Assembly: GCF_004376175.1 (NCBI RefSeq)
Contig: NZ_SNUY01000053.1
Location: forward strand, 1-10,799
Source: Halalkalibacterium halodurans
GTDB taxonomy: Bacteria > Bacillota > Bacilli > Bacillales > Bacillaceae_D
Direction of reading: 5' to 3'
Length of the DNA stretch: 10,799 nucleotides
The position numbers were made by a program, and so were the translations under genes. Below are positions 10,440 through 10,799 of the stretch, piece after piece (the first letter of the stretch is position 1; each line of letters opens with the position of its first letter). The notes under the pieces are model-generated. The model worked only from the letters and a program-made list of their open reading frames with translations. It searched no databases and had not been told where the DNA came from.

Positions 10440-10799
10440 ATGGATAAGATTACACGAAAAACGTCATTTGGACAATGGTTTTCACCGATAAATCATGAAT
10501 TATTTGATGATCAAGTGAAAACATTGAAATTAGATTTCTATACGAAAAAACTTACGACAGAATCCTTTTTGAAATTGTTACTCTACGCACAGCTTGAAGA
10601 AGTAGAAAGTCTTCATGCGTTGAGTGATTGTCTTTTTGATGATCAACTACAAAAAGGCATTGACCTTGATTCGATCAGTATTTCTCAACTTTCACGACGA
10701 TTAAATGGGATGAATCCAGATTTATTCCAACGGCTTTTCCTTGATTTGGTCGCACAAATTCATGCCAAAACACATTACACCAAACTCGTCATGCCGTTA
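10440..10799 (+). CDS. IS4-family transposase, N-terminal 120 codons (3' end outside the window)
   Basis: From ATG 10440 the reading frame is open to the window end: MDKITRKTSFGQWFSPINHELFDDQVKTLKLDFYTKKLTTESFLKLLLYAQLEEVESLHALSDCLFDDQLQKGIDLDSISISQLSRRLNGMNPDLFQRLFLDLVAQIHAKTHYTKLVMPL. This is the DUF4372-type N-terminal region common to Bacillus IS4-family transposases (LDSISISQLSRRL motif). SD AAAGGA lies about 9 nt upstream. The left terminus of the IS lies somewhere in 10301-10439 and could not be placed. Confidence 0.8.
   Translation, partial: MDKITRKTSFGQWFSPINHELFDDQVKTLKLDFYTKKLTTESFLKLLLYAQLEEVESLHALSDCLFDDQLQKGIDLDSISISQLSRRLNGMNPDLFQRLFLDLVAQIHAKTHYTKLVMPL

Overview
The core of this window is a well-known pathway rather than a novel system. 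A seven-gene myo-inositol catabolic operon lies on the minus strand, iolB-iolC-iolD-iolE-iolG-iolI-iolJ (9800 down to 2272). It is colinear with Bacillus subtilis iolABCDEFGHIJ, and every product is recognisable by eye at the expected length. iolA, iolF and iolH are absent. No DeoR-type IolR is present. A LacI-family regulator gene (1160-2173, +) converges on the 3' end of the operon and shares a bidirectional hairpin terminator with it (2229-2255). Two unrelated insertion sequences bracket the module. On the left is the C-terminal about 300 codons of an IS1380-family transposase, open from nt 1. On the right is the N-terminal 120 codons of an IS4-family transposase (10440-10799), which is missing from the supplied ORF track because it runs off the window. 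The 640-nt AT-rich region between iolB and the right-hand IS holds the most interesting non-coding signal. It contains a sigmaA-like promoter with a CG-centred LacI/CcpA-type palindrome in its spacer, and a perfect cre consensus 139 bp further upstream. It also contains an over-represented TGAAAG half-site motif and a doubtful 67-codon membrane ORF. A third related palindrome sits just downstream of the -10 box of the regulator gene. I see no CRISPR array, tRNA or rRNA gene, defence-system-like gene or other uncharacterised multi-gene system. The noteworthy points are regulatory rewiring, IS bracketing and several start-codon corrections. All homology statements come from recognising the sequences by eye. 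No database search was run.
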